The notes beneath the pieces are model-generated. The model was not told the origin of the DNA and ran no database searches. It saw only the letters and a list, made by a program, of their open reading frames with translations. Below, one piece after another: positions 36,174-46,659 of a DNA stretch of 64,000 nt. The stretch's first letter is position 1, and each line of letters starts with the position of its first letter. The stretch spans positions 182,361-246,360 of the forward strand of contig CAYSHM010000003.1 of NCBI GenBank assembly GCA_964430885.1, read 5' to 3'. A program made the translations under genes and the position numbers. The DNA comes from an uncultured archaeon (lineage in GTDB: Archaea; Thermoplasmatota; Penumbrarchaeia; JASLWR01).

Positions 36174-38896
36174 TATTTTTTATCCCTCTTGACAATATCC
36201 TTCTGAAATTGATAAAGCCGCATCAGTGCCTCAATGGGTTTGATCTTATCGAGGTCAAGGGATCGGATTTCCTCGATGATCTCGTCCCTCATCTCACCCT
36301 TGGCCTCGCTGAAAAGAAGGGATTGGGTAAAAGAAGCTTTCATTTTTGGCTCATCCTTTCGGTAGGTAGAACCTCTCCTCTTCACCTTGACCAGTTTTTC
36401 CTCACGGTTGAGGTTCAAGAGATTAGCCTTCTCGATCTTGTCAAGGACCTCCTCGGCCCGGTCTATCACTCCCTTGGGTAATCCCGCCATCTTGGCGACA
36501 TCTATACCGTAGCTCTTATCGGTACCTCCCTCGGTGAGCTTTCTCAAAAAAATGATATCGCCTTCCCGACGGTCAGCAGCCAGATGAAAGTTCTTTGCCC
36601 TTCCAAGGGCCTTATCGAGCTCTGTAAGATGATGGTAATGAGTGGCAAATATGCACTTCGCACCTATGGTATCCCTGTTATGTATGTACTCTGATACGGC
36701 CCAGGCAATAGCCACACCATCAAAGGTAGAAGTTCCCCTCCCCACCTCGTCAAGGAATATCAGGGAACGGGATGTTGCCGTGTTAAGGATATTGGCCAAT
36801 TCTATCATCTCCACCATGAAGGTTGATTGACCTTTTACGAAATCCGCATGGGCTCCTTCCCTGGTGAACACGCTGTCGCATATTCCTATATGGGCTTCCT
36901 TGGCTGGGACAAAGCAGCCCATCTGGGCCATGATCACTATAAGGGCAACCTGTCTCATGTAGGTGGATTTGCCGCTCATGTTTGGCCCGGTGATTATCAA
37001 TATCTGGTTATCATCCAGGTCCATATGAGTATCGTTGTGAGTAAAATCCCGGTCTATCAATCGCTCAACAACAGGATGGCGCCCTTCGACCATATGGAGT
37101 TCTTCACCCTCGTTCATAACCGGCCGTATATAGTTGTTCAGCATGGAAACCCTCGAAAGGGAACAGAGCACATCAAGCTTGGCCATGGTTATGGCGACCT
37201 TCTGTATCTTACGAGCTTCATCGCCCACCTTGTCCCGGATACCGCAGAAGATACTGTACTCCATTTCCTCCATTCTCTCCTTGGCGGTAATGACCTCCTC
37301 CTCCTTCCTTTTCAGCTCGGGGATGATATACCTCTCCCTGTTCTTCAGGGTCTGTTTTCTGATATAATCATCCGGCACCTTATCCATGTTGCTTCTAGTA
37401 ACCTCAATAAAATATCCGAAAACCTTGTTGTACTTTACCCTCAGCTTCTCAATACCCGTTCTCTTCCTCTCCCGCATCTCCAGATCCTTCATCCAATCCC
37501 TTCCGGCACCCCGAATTTTCCTCAAACGGTCCAGCTCGGCCTCGTAGCCTTCCCTTATCATTCCGCCTTCCCGAACAGTGGTCGGAGGCTCATCAACAAT
37601 GGCCACTCCTATCAATTTTGTAAGCTCCTTCAGAGGATCCAGTGTGTTCAGAATGTTCCTTAGGATATAGGATTCCACCGAGTTCTCTGCCAGAAGAGCC
37701 TTGATGCCGGGGACCTTTTCCAGGGAAGTCCTTATGGCCACAAGGTCCCTTGCATTGGCCGAGCCGTACAGGACCCGTGTGATTAATCTCTCCAAATCCA
37801 GTATTCCACCCAGCAATTCTCTGAGATCATGTCTAAGAAAATTTTTCCCGCAAAGCTCCTCAACTGCATCTAGGCGCATATTGATGCCGTTCATATCAAT
37901 TAGAGGACGGGTCAACCACTTTCTGAGAAGTCGCCCCCCCATGGAAGAAACCGTCTGGTCAAGTATACTCAAAAGAGTACCCCTCTTCGTGCCCTCGGTC
38001 AGGTTTTTGAGCAATTCAAGGTTCCTTAAGGTAGTGGCTCCCAGGGACATGAAGTCCGATGTGGAGTAGGTGGATAATACATGAAGATGACCTAGCTGAC
38101 CCATCTGGGTTTCTCTCAGATATGCAAAAACACCGCCTGAAGCCTCAATGGCCAGGGGTTTATTCTCACATCCCATTCCCTCCAGGGACATGACTCCGTA
38201 ATGGTCCGCCAGGTTCTTGTAGGCGATCTTCGACGTGAAATACTGGTCACTGTAGGGCGTAATGGCAGTGTCTGAGGCGTTGGATATGATGTTCACGAAA
38301 TCGGTATCCTCGTAGAGGGATTCCGGAAGTATGCATTCCGCGGGTTCAAAGGACATTATCTGGGCCACGAGCTTCTCCTTGAGGTTCTCACCCTTGAGAT
38401 CTGAGGTCATGAACTCGCCCGTGGACACGTCCACTACCGCTATACCATATGAGTTGCCCCCCCTTGTCAATCCCATGAGAAAATTGTTGGACTTGGCCGA
38501 TAGGAGATTGCTCTCAAGGATAGTGCCAGGGGTGACCACTCTGACAACCGCCCTCTTGACCACTCCCTTGGCTTCCCTGGGGTCCTCAACCTGCTCGCAA
38601 ATGGCCACATGATAACCCTTCTTGACCATTCTAGCAAGGTAATTGTCCACTGCATGGTAAGGTATGCCTGCAAGAGGTATCCTCTCCCCGGTGGAATCAG
38701 TACCTCGTGACGTCAGAGCGATGTCCAATTCACGAGAGGCCACTTTTGCATCCTCGTAGAACATCTCGTAGAAATCACCCATACGAAAGAACAGCACAGC
38801 ATCCTGATAATCCTTCTTGATATCAAGATACTGTTCCATGAGCGGTGTGATTTTCCCCACATTTATCTCCTCTTTGTCCAACCGGATCATTCTCAA
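36173..38896 (-). CDS. mutS: DNA mismatch repair protein MutS (MutS1)
   Basis: [57 protein letters not shown]. Confidence 0.97.
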   Translation of the reverse strand: MRMIRLDKEEINVGKITPLMEQYLDIKKDYQDAVLFFRMGDFYEMFYEDAKVASRELDIALTSRGTDSTGERIPLAGIPYHAVDNYLARMVKKGYHVAICEQVEDPREAKGVVKRAVVRVVTPGTILESNLLSAKSNNFLMGLTRGGNSYGIAVVDVSTGEFMTSDLKGENLKEKLVAQIMSFEPAECILPESLYEDTDFVNIISNASDTAITPYSDQYFTSKIAYKNLADHYGVMSLEGMGCENKPLAIEASGGVFAYLRETQMGQLGHLHVLSTYSTSDFMSLGATTLRNLELLKNLTEGTKRGTLLSILDQTVSSMGGRLLRKWLTRPLIDMNGINMRLDAVEELCGKNFLRHDLRELLGGILDLERLITRVLYGSANARDLVAIRTSLEKVPGIKALLAENSVESYILRNILNTLDPLKELTKLIGVAIVDEPPTTVREGGMIREGYEAELDRLRKIRGAGRDWMKDLEMRERKRTGIEKLRVKYNKVFGYFIEVTRSNMDKVPDDYIRKQTLKNRERYIIPELKRKEEEVITAKERMEEMEYSIFCGIRDKVGDEARKIQKVAITMAKLDVLCSLSRVSMLNNYIRPVMNEGEELHMVEGRHPVVERLIDRDFTHNDTHMDLDDNQILIITGPNMSGKSTYMRQVALIVIMAQMGCFVPAKEAHIGICDSVFTREGAHADFVKGQSTFMVEMIELANILNTATSRSLIFLDEVGRGTSTFDGVAIAWAVSEYIHNRDTIGAKCIFATHYHHLTELDKALGRAKNFHLAADRREGDIIFLRKLTEGGTDKSYGIDVAKMAGLPKGVIDRAEEVLDKIEKANLLNLNREEKLVKVKRRGSTYRKDEPKMKASFTQSLLFSEAKGEMRDEIIEEIRSLDLDKIKPIEALMRLYQFQKDIVKRDKK

Positions 38897-38931
38897 TAGA
38901 CGGATATAACATCCCCGCCTTCAAAACTTTG

Positions 38932-39423
38932 TCATAGTTCCAGGTTCCAGAGCTCATCTCCGATATAATGAATGCTTTTCACTCCTTTTCCCTTATTGGA
39001 AGCTTTCAGTTCCATACCGGACATCAGGCTCAAACCCACTACCAGAGGCTGCAAGTTCTTCTCATCCCTCATCCAGACCATATTACCGGGCACTATGCCA
39101 GCATCCGCATCAACTATCCCGGGAGACATGACATCCGCCCCATTGGTAAGGAAGGATACAGCACCCATATCCACTGTCACGTACTTTTTACCAACATTGT
39201 GTGCTAAAAGGCCTTTCAGGGTGAGATAAAATGAACTTTCATAGCTGAAAAGTATGGGAATCTTCTTGACTATCAAAAGATCGAATTCAGGTGCGGAGGC
39301 CTTTTCCATATTCATCTTTTTCAAACCAATATCCGTGCCGTAATAACTGCTGACTGAATTATTGATTTTATTCAATTCCTTTTTCTTAATGAAATGTCGG
39401 GTGGTCAGATCGGCCTTTTTCAT
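38932..39423 (-). CDS. PUA-domain RNA-binding protein (DUF1947/MCT-1-like)
   Basis: VTVDMGAVSFLTNGADVMSPGIV, KGKGVKSIHYIGDELW. Confidence 0.9.
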   Translation of the reverse strand: MKKADLTTRHFIKKKELNKINNSVSSYYGTDIGLKKMNMEKASAPEFDLLIVKKIPILFSYESSFYLTLKGLLAHNVGKKYVTVDMGAVSFLTNGADVMSPGIVDADAGIVPGNMVWMRDEKNLQPLVVGLSLMSGMELKASNKGKGVKSIHYIGDELWNLEL

Positions 39424-39469
39424 TTTGCCTCACATCCGTGAACATGATGAGGAACTGCTTATGGGCACG

Positions 39470-41830
39470 TCAGCCATTAATGAACATATCCTCGTTAAGC
39501 TTGTTGTAACAGTAGGTTAAATTGTCATTGGCTGCCATATAGTTCGGGTCCAGTGAAAGTACCATTTCAAAACACTCAATTGCGCCCCGCCATCTTGCAA
39601 GATCCATAAGCGATTCGCCCTTGTTCATCCATGCTGCCTCATTCTTTGGATTTATGCTGATAGCATTGTCGAAAGCTTTCAGGGCATCCTCAAAACGGCC
39701 TAAGCGGTTCAGAACATTGCCCATATTCCCCCATACCTGCCATATATCCGGGTCGATGGAAATAGCATTCTCATAGCAGACCAGAGCTTCCTCGTACCTT
39801 CCCAAATCCGACAGTGCATTTCCCTTATTGTACCAGGCATCCTGATCGTTGGAATTCAGATCCAGAACCTTATTGAAACAGAGAATCCCATCCTCGTACC
39901 TATGATAATGACTGCATAGTACTACTCCCTTGTCGTACCAGGCCAAACCATGATCCGGATCAACCTTGGTGGCCTCGTCAAAGCTCAGAAGAGCAGCTTC
40001 AGGATCATTAATATGATTGGAAAGGACCAGACCTTTCTGATACCACCCATCGGCATTTTTAGGGTCTATCTTCAAAAGGGTATCGAAGCACTGCAGAGCA
40101 TCATAGGGTTTTTCAAAATAGGATGAAAAAATCTGGCCCTGCTTGAAGAGAGCATCAGTGTTCTTGGGATTGACATTTACTGCTCGGGACAGATATCGGA
40201 GAGCCTCATTATGCTTGCCCAGGTGTTCCGAATAAAGTAGACCTTTAAGGTAATAGGCCTCATCATTCCGGTCATCCAGATTGACCAGTTCATCAAGTAT
40301 GAACTGGGCCTCCTTGGGATTGGCCAGTTTCAAAAGGATATTAGCAATATTGGTCAAGGCATAAATGTTCTTTGGATCCTCCCCCAGAACCCGTCTGAAA
40401 TACTGCAGAGCCTCCTCATACCTGGAATAGTCCTTGTATAATACCCGGGCCTTGCCCATAAGGGCCGCCTTGTTCATGTTATCCTTTTTCAGCGCCTTCT
40501 CGAAATATTCAAGTGCATCGCCGCCCTTTCCCATTTTCTCTAGTATCTTACCTATGAGAGAAAGAGATTTCTCATGGGTTTCATTTTTTTTCAGAATCTT
40601 GGATAAAATCTTGAGTGCCTCATCAGGTTTACCCTTTTCGTAGTAGCTGAGATGAGCTTTCAAATAAAGGGCTTCCATGTTATCGGGATTTATCCTTATT
40701 GCACCCTGAACAAAGCGCAGACCCTCGTTTACCTTCCCCATCATCTCGTAGTAGATCCGTCCCTTTTCGAACCAGCTCATATCCTGGTATGAATCCAATT
40801 TGATCGACATATCCAAGCATTTCAATGCGTCATCGTACTTTTTGAACTCCTCGGCCAAAATAACGCCCTTGTAATGCCATGCTACTTCGTTCCGGGGATT
40901 GATGGAGGTGACCTTGTCAAAGGCCTGCAGCGACTTATTGGCCTCGCCTTTCTCAAACAATATCTTGGCCCTGTACTGGTGAGCTTCCTCGTTGTCATCG
41001 GCCAGCTTTATCAGGTTCTCAAAGGCAGTTAGAGCACCATCAAGGTCCTTGAAGAAATCATAGAGATACTTCCCGAGAAGCTGATGTCCTCTCACAGAAG
41101 CTGGATTGAACTGCAGCGCCTGACGGCAAAAATCCACTGCTCCTTCAGGATCCTCATCGAAATCCGCAGCATTCTCAGCTTCCTCTAGAAGCTCATAGGC
41201 CATATCCGATCCGCTCACTATGTTAATGCTCTCCCCGTCGGTCCCAAAGGGTCTCAGATCGGTCCCCAGTTTATGTTCTGCTTCACAGCTCATCACGGCC
41301 TTTATCCCGGCGAGATCCCTGAATGCTACAATATGCTCCATCTTGAGCTTCATTCCAACCTTCCAAAGGTTGTCGAAACCGTTGAGTGCATCATTCACCA
41401 CATCGTCATCATGTATCTCCAGAAGAGAGGATATGCAGGCCTCAAAGGAGGATTCAGAAAGGCTTCCAAAAGGTACTAACAGTAACTCACTGTCTATAAT
41501 AATGAAGGTCTGATCTATGTTAGGTATGCTTCTGAAGGTGAACATCAGGTCCTCCACCATGTCGAATTCCATACAATCCTCAATGGCTGAAAGGTCCACA
41601 CGACCGCTCTTCAGGGTCACATCTGTCACCGGAAGAGCAACCATCATGTCAAAAGGGTGCTTGAACTTCTTGGTAAGTATTATCTTCTTGAGGAAGGATG
41701 AAGTATCCTGGTCGAAGGTTGTTGTACATATCAGAATCTCATCCTCAGCATCAAGCAGCCTGCGGTACAGTCTGTTCTTGAAAGGTGTCGTAAAGTACAT
41801 TGCATCCGAAACGAAATCATCGCTTACCAA
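39470..41830 (-). CDS. TPR-repeat protein with N-terminal degenerate PLD-like domain
   Basis: Long array of AW..KG..L...A...F..A...DP repeats; N-terminal AEDEILICT...FIIID pattern. Confidence 0.8.
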   Translation of the reverse strand: MVSDDFVSDAMYFTTPFKNRLYRRLLDAEDEILICTTTFDQDTSSFLKKIILTKKFKHPFDMMVALPVTDVTLKSGRVDLSAIEDCMEFDMVEDLMFTFRSIPNIDQTFIIIDSELLLVPFGSLSESSFEACISSLLEIHDDDVVNDALNGFDNLWKVGMKLKMEHIVAFRDLAGIKAVMSCEAEHKLGTDLRPFGTDGESINIVSGSDMAYELLEEAENAADFDEDPEGAVDFCRQALQFNPASVRGHQLLGKYLYDFFKDLDGALTAFENLIKLADDNEEAHQYRAKILFEKGEANKSLQAFDKVTSINPRNEVAWHYKGVILAEEFKKYDDALKCLDMSIKLDSYQDMSWFEKGRIYYEMMGKVNEGLRFVQGAIRINPDNMEALYLKAHLSYYEKGKPDEALKILSKILKKNETHEKSLSLIGKILEKMGKGGDALEYFEKALKKDNMNKAALMGKARVLYKDYSRYEEALQYFRRVLGEDPKNIYALTNIANILLKLANPKEAQFILDELVNLDDRNDEAYYLKGLLYSEHLGKHNEALRYLSRAVNVNPKNTDALFKQGQIFSSYFEKPYDALQCFDTLLKIDPKNADGWYQKGLVLSNHINDPEAALLSFDEATKVDPDHGLAWYDKGVVLCSHYHRYEDGILCFNKVLDLNSNDQDAWYNKGNALSDLGRYEEALVCYENAISIDPDIWQVWGNMGNVLNRLGRFEDALKAFDNAISINPKNEAAWMNKGESLMDLARWRGAIECFEMVLSLDPNYMAANDNLTYCYNKLNEDMFING

Positions 41831-41926
41831 TTTTATTCACCGGACTATTTAGATTTTTACTCTATTGGCATTCCATTATTTTGCAGTGGTAAATGGTTTG
41901 AATAACTCTTTGTATCATCGGCCCCT

Positions 41927-42151
41927 TTAGAACTTTACAGGTCCTTCCTTCCCGCAGTTCGTGCACACTATCTTGGGAGGAGGATTGTACTTATCCATCT
42001 CCAGCTGGGTACCGCATGTTGAACATGTAACCTGAATGTACCTGTCAGGGTCCTTTTTCTTTCTAAGCGCGAACCACCATACAAGAAAGGCGGTAAGGCA
42101 AATAACCAGCACTCCCAGTACTATAAGCAATATCAATAACCAGGTTTCCAT
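41927..42151 (-). CDS. Small membrane-anchored zinc-ribbon protein
   Basis: N-terminal TM, CSTC and CTNC pairs; AGGTGA SD upstream. Confidence 0.75.
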   Translation of the reverse strand: METWLLILLIVLGVLVICLTAFLVWWFALRKKKDPDRYIQVTCSTCGTQLEMDKYNPPPKIVCTNCGKEGPVKF

Positions 42152-42373
42152 ATTTTAATCACCTTTGGCATTTCAAATTTTAATCGATTGGACGTATTCG
42201 ATACAAAGGAATAGAACCTCCAAACTCCCCACCGCTGATTTTCTCCAACCATGGGAATATGACAATATCAAATGACATATATTTTAACTTGTCTATAATC
42301 ATGAATTAATAAATAATAAGACCCCGGAAGACCAATAACCACGTAAACATTCATACTTGATGGTGAAGAGCAG

Positions 42374-43543
42374 TCACAGATACTGCTCGGTCAACTTGAA
42401 CACTATGCCTCTCTTCTCTAGCTCGCCGACCATTCTCCTACCTGATACTGCCCGTTCCACCGAAACCGCGCCCCTGTCCAATTCTCCCCGTGTTGCCAAT
42501 ATAAGCATGGCGGATGCATGCCAACCTGTCAACCTCTGCATGGCAGTGAATCCTGTACCCTCATCATATCTGTCCACCACCTCAACCACCGCTTCGGCAG
42601 GTTTACCATCCTTGCACCCCATACCCTTGACTCTCATCACCGCCACATCCCTTATAAATGGAGCGGAAATGCAGTTCTCTAGAAGAGCGTGGAATACATA
42701 CCTTGGAACCACCTTCTCCCCGTTTATTTCCATCTCCTCCAAACCTAAAAGTCCCAGCTGACTGAACGCAAGGAACTGGTCCCTGTGTCCCGGATACCTG
42801 AGAGTCTTGTTCTCCAGGCGCTGAAGCGAACCCCTGAACGTCCATGGTGCTGTTGACAGACCTCCTGAGGTCACGAAAGCCTCAAGCTTGTCCAGGGAAT
42901 CAGGGAAGTCAAGGATCTCATATCCCTGAAAACACGGTACCTCCGTGATCTCCCCATCCTTAAGGAAATAAGCGCTGCCGTCGTATTCATTTGTAAGACC
43001 TCCTACATTGAAGGTCATCTTATAATTCCAGGGCGGCTCAGGGTTCTGGGGGAGACCACCATCCCATATCAGAACCTCATCTGCGTCGTCCAGAAGTTCC
43101 ATGACATAGCAGGCCAAAGAAACGTTCAATCCGGGACCCATTCCGCAGTCTGGTACGATGGTTATTCCCTTTTTCTCGGCCTCATCATGAAAAGCCAACT
43201 GCTCCATGACTATACCAGTATGTCCGCCCATATCCACCATGTTGACCCCTAGGTCCAAGGCCGCTCTTGTTATACCCTTGTTGAACCTATAGGGCACAGC
43301 ACTCAAAAGAGAATCAAAACCTTCAATGATCTCACGTAGGGAGTCTAGATCAACCATATCCGCCTTTACTGGCGCTGCAATTTCTGTTCCAGTCAAACGG
43401 TTGATCCTGCTCACTGCCATTTCGGCAACATTCATATCCTTGTCGACCATGAGTAATTCACTCGCATCGCCGAACTTCACTATGTCATAGCCAGAGGCCA
43501 CACCTTGTCTTCCTGATCCCAATACTGCGTATCTGTAACCCAT
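42374..43543 (-). CDS. Saccharopine dehydrogenase / lysine 6-dehydrogenase family oxidoreductase
   Basis: VLGSGRQG, DCGMGPG, GGLPQNP, KTLRYPGH, TAMQRLTG. Confidence 0.88.
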   Translation of the reverse strand: MGYRYAVLGSGRQGVASGYDIVKFGDASELLMVDKDMNVAEMAVSRINRLTGTEIAAPVKADMVDLDSLREIIEGFDSLLSAVPYRFNKGITRAALDLGVNMVDMGGHTGIVMEQLAFHDEAEKKGITIVPDCGMGPGLNVSLACYVMELLDDADEVLIWDGGLPQNPEPPWNYKMTFNVGGLTNEYDGSAYFLKDGEITEVPCFQGYEILDFPDSLDKLEAFVTSGGLSTAPWTFRGSLQRLENKTLRYPGHRDQFLAFSQLGLLGLEEMEINGEKVVPRYVFHALLENCISAPFIRDVAVMRVKGMGCKDGKPAEAVVEVVDRYDEGTGFTAMQRLTGWHASAMLILATRGELDRGAVSVERAVSGRRMVGELEKRGIVFKLTEQYL

Positions 43544-43645
43544 TTCAAAACCTCTCTGTTCTCATCATTCTTCTCAACCAATTCGATTCAAGTCACTTAT
43601 TCTTTTGATTTCCTGGAACTCAATATTCGGAGCCTGTTTCTGGAA

Positions 43646-46297
43646 TCATATCAGGGCAAGCATCAACACTAGCATGAGAGCGGCCTGCTGGACAGCACCG
43701 AAGAAAAAGCCTGAAGCCCCGTAAAGGGCAATACCGAAAAATATAAAAATCACCGCAGCAGCCCTAAGTCCGATTATCGACAGCACAGGTCTCGCCACAT
43801 CTGCAGTGTTCATCTTCCCAGGGCCAGGCTTTTTCGGCTCAACCTCAACTCCTGAAACATTTCTAACATTGCTCTCTCCCCCACCTTTAAGCAATATCCT
43901 CCCCAGTATGAATCTGATAAGTATCAGGGGAACCAAATATTTCAGTACAATGAAGGGAATGAAGTATATTACCTCCGCCTCCAGAAGGACATATGGGATC
44001 CAGTCGAAGAGATAGAACCATTCCAAGTCTGTGGGGGTCCAGGACATTGACACCCATCCGGCCGCAATGAATCCCACAAGCATCAGAAAAACATAACCCG
44101 TTCTTCTCTCTGAAGGGTCCCGGTATTTGCGTATATAATATGCCCCGAGTACCAATGCTCCAGTTAGCAGGTCGGACCATAGAAAACGGTCGGGATCGCC
44201 CCTGGAGGAATAGTAATACAGCAAACTCAGTGAAGCGACTGCAAGTCCAAACGATAAATAGACCCGCGGGGATTGACCCATTTTTTTAATGAAGCCTATT
44301 TGATCTCCCTTTCGGGACCCCATAAGCCAACCCATTGTTCCCAGTATAATTATCAAGGCAACAGTGACGTAAGGATGAGGCCTCAAATGGCCTAATTCGT
44401 ATAGGTAGACAAATAGAAGTACTGGCCCAAGTATGAAATAGGTATAATACTTCTTCCCGGGTCTGAAAAACACTATTATTTTCCCAATTACACCGGAAAC
44501 CACCAGAAATACATGGGGTAGCAGAAACAGAATTCCGTACCACCATTCGAAATGAAAGTTCACCCCCTTGTGATTGAAGAAAATAACACCTGTAAAAATG
44601 ATGGGGGCCAGCATCAATATTTTGCTCATTAGATTTCCCCCACCCTTCATTTCTTTTTCCCCTCTCTTAAATAAAGGCCTTAATAGGTCCTCCCACAGCA
44701 GAAAGAGTGAGAAACAGATAAGAACGGGTCCCATTATACCTACCCATCCCTTTCCGTAAATGGTTGGTATGAGAAGGAACATTGTTGGTATTGTGATGCA
44801 CCATACTGCAGGCCATACTCCTTTTTTATTGGCAATGAATACTCCTATAACTGCAAGTACTCCCCAAATCATATAGTGATAGTACCGATCAAAATAGAAT
44901 ATATGTTCCCAGAACCTGATCAGGATATATCCGAACATTATGAAGAAAATTCCGAAGGGCAGTATCCATAAAGCTCTTGCCAGCTCTTTTTTGGTAAAAA
45001 CTTCCTTGGACACACCAAGAGACGCTAATAACGCAACAAACAATCCTCCTGCTCCAAGTAACCACGTATTGTCAGTGAAGATAAAGAGCGGAACCAGAGC
45101 AAGAAGCCCGCCCGCATCAAGCAGACGGGCTGCAAGCTTGTTCTCACCTCCGTCCTTGGTCATCACATACCAGAATATTATCAGCATGAACACATATATT
45201 GTCACTGCTGAATAAAGGATCATACTACCACGGCCGACCTTTATCACTTCAGGAGTGTAGACTATGCTCTCATTGTTCTCAGTGGCGAAGGATTCGGGAA
45301 GCGGTCCTCGACTTTCCAGAGCACTGGGGAATTTTCCGGCATCATATTCATCAGGGAGGGGAACTCCCATGGCCCAGCTTATGAAATACCTCATATCGGT
45401 TATCGCTATGGAAACATCATGGTTCTTCTTGAAACCCTGCCCTCTGATGGCGAAGAATGTGGGGGCATTGACCCCGAATGAATGTCTGCCGTCTACATCA
45501 TGCCCGTGGTCTCCAGTCACCAGTAGGGTATCATTCTCCTCCAGGAGCACAGCCAATCGACCTATCACCTTGTCGGCTTCTTCGAATGCATGATAGTACT
45601 GAGGTGTCCCAGGGCCGTAATAATGATTGGCATCGTGAGGAGTAAGAAGATGCATTATCACTATGTCATTATCGCGGTTCATGTAATCGTCGATGGATTC
45701 ATCTATGGCCTCCTTTTCCAGTTCTGGATATATATCCCAAATTCTGTCAACATAATTATAATCAGTTATGTCATCACCGAACTGCTCGAAGGGATGATTG
45801 GAATATACCGATACTGTAACGTTAACCTCGTTCAGCTGGGTTAGAACGGAGCTCACCTTCTGTTCGGCTATCCAATTCTGGGAAGCACCGAATATGGAAA
45901 CTGTGTCCTTGCCGGTGAACATGGCCTTCAGCGACGGCGCGGTAATGGCGTCCACAGCATTCTGGACGTAGCCGTGGGTAGTGGTTTCTCTGAGGTCGTT
46001 CAGATTGGGCATGAGCTCGGCATCCAAAGCGGTGGGGTAGGCCAAGCAGTCCACAAGAAGGATGAACATCCGCCTTTCATTGAGCGGGTACGGAGGAGGG
46101 AGCGTGCCATTCGCCGGATCCACACCTACGGCCCTATCGTAGGTTTCGGTATAGCTGACCTTCCCGCCGAGAAGAATATTATCAAGAGCCAGACTTGCTC
46201 CGAAGAATAGAAGGAAAAGAAATACGACCATCACCGCTCGGCGGTAGAACGAGATAGGACCCATGAATTCCTTCAATAAACCTCTCAATTTCATCAA
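43646..46297 (-). CDS. Polytopic membrane protein with alkaline-phosphatase-superfamily domain (GPI ethanolamine-phosphate-transferase-like)
   Basis: One N-terminal TM; LLVDCL, ITAPSLKAMFTG, HLLTPHDANH, VTGDHGH; then many TM helices. Confidence 0.7.
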   Translation of the reverse strand: MMKLRGLLKEFMGPISFYRRAVMVVFLFLLFFGASLALDNILLGGKVSYTETYDRAVGVDPANGTLPPPYPLNERRMFILLVDCLAYPTALDAELMPNLNDLRETTTHGYVQNAVDAITAPSLKAMFTGKDTVSIFGASQNWIAEQKVSSVLTQLNEVNVTVSVYSNHPFEQFGDDITDYNYVDRIWDIYPELEKEAIDESIDDYMNRDNDIVIMHLLTPHDANHYYGPGTPQYYHAFEEADKVIGRLAVLLEENDTLLVTGDHGHDVDGRHSFGVNAPTFFAIRGQGFKKNHDVSIAITDMRYFISWAMGVPLPDEYDAGKFPSALESRGPLPESFATENNESIVYTPEVIKVGRGSMILYSAVTIYVFMLIIFWYVMTKDGGENKLAARLLDAGGLLALVPLFIFTDNTWLLGAGGLFVALLASLGVSKEVFTKKELARALWILPFGIFFIMFGYILIRFWEHIFYFDRYYHYMIWGVLAVIGVFIANKKGVWPAVWCITIPTMFLLIPTIYGKGWVGIMGPVLICFSLFLLWEDLLRPLFKRGEKEMKGGGNLMSKILMLAPIIFTGVIFFNHKGVNFHFEWWYGILFLLPHVFLVVSGVIGKIIVFFRPGKKYYTYFILGPVLLFVYLYELGHLRPHPYVTVALIIILGTMGWLMGSRKGDQIGFIKKMGQSPRVYLSFGLAVASLSLLYYYSSRGDPDRFLWSDLLTGALVLGAYYIRKYRDPSERRTGYVFLMLVGFIAAGWVSMSWTPTDLEWFYLFDWIPYVLLEAEVIYFIPFIVLKYLVPLILIRFILGRILLKGGGESNVRNVSGVEVEPKKPGPGKMNTADVARPVLSIIGLRAAAVIFIFFGIALYGASGFFFGAVQQAALMLVLMLALI

Positions 46298-46659
46298 ACA
46301 CCCTCATAAGAGTTAAAGAACTGAAATCGAACACCTAACTTTCTCTAAAAATTATACTGTAAATAAGGGTTAGAGAGAAAATCCTTTTTTAAAGGCTATC
46401 ATAAAAAGTTAAATTTGGGAAATTTAGAATACATGGATTGGACCATTTAATTCTAGATAATCAGTTTTTTTACGGTATGGAATAATCCTGATTATCGCCC
46501 TGGTGAGAATATTCAAAAAACAATATATAACAGTGTGATATTATTAAAAATATTGATAAGCGCAATACTGAAGGTATAAGTCCCATTATATTCCGATGTA
46601 CCTGTAGAAAACAGTGTTGTTGTGGATTTTTTTTAATAGATGGATAACAGGTAAGACAT

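Noticed and set aside
36827-37663. 278-aa plus-strand ORF and similar long antisense ORFs (e.g. 9845-10444, 18147-18845, 21411-22058)
   Set aside because: These are shadow ORFs lying entirely opposite well-supported genes, with no recognisable motifs.
36173-38896. mutS without an adjacent mutL
   Set aside because: mutS and mutL are often unlinked, and absence cannot be judged from one window.
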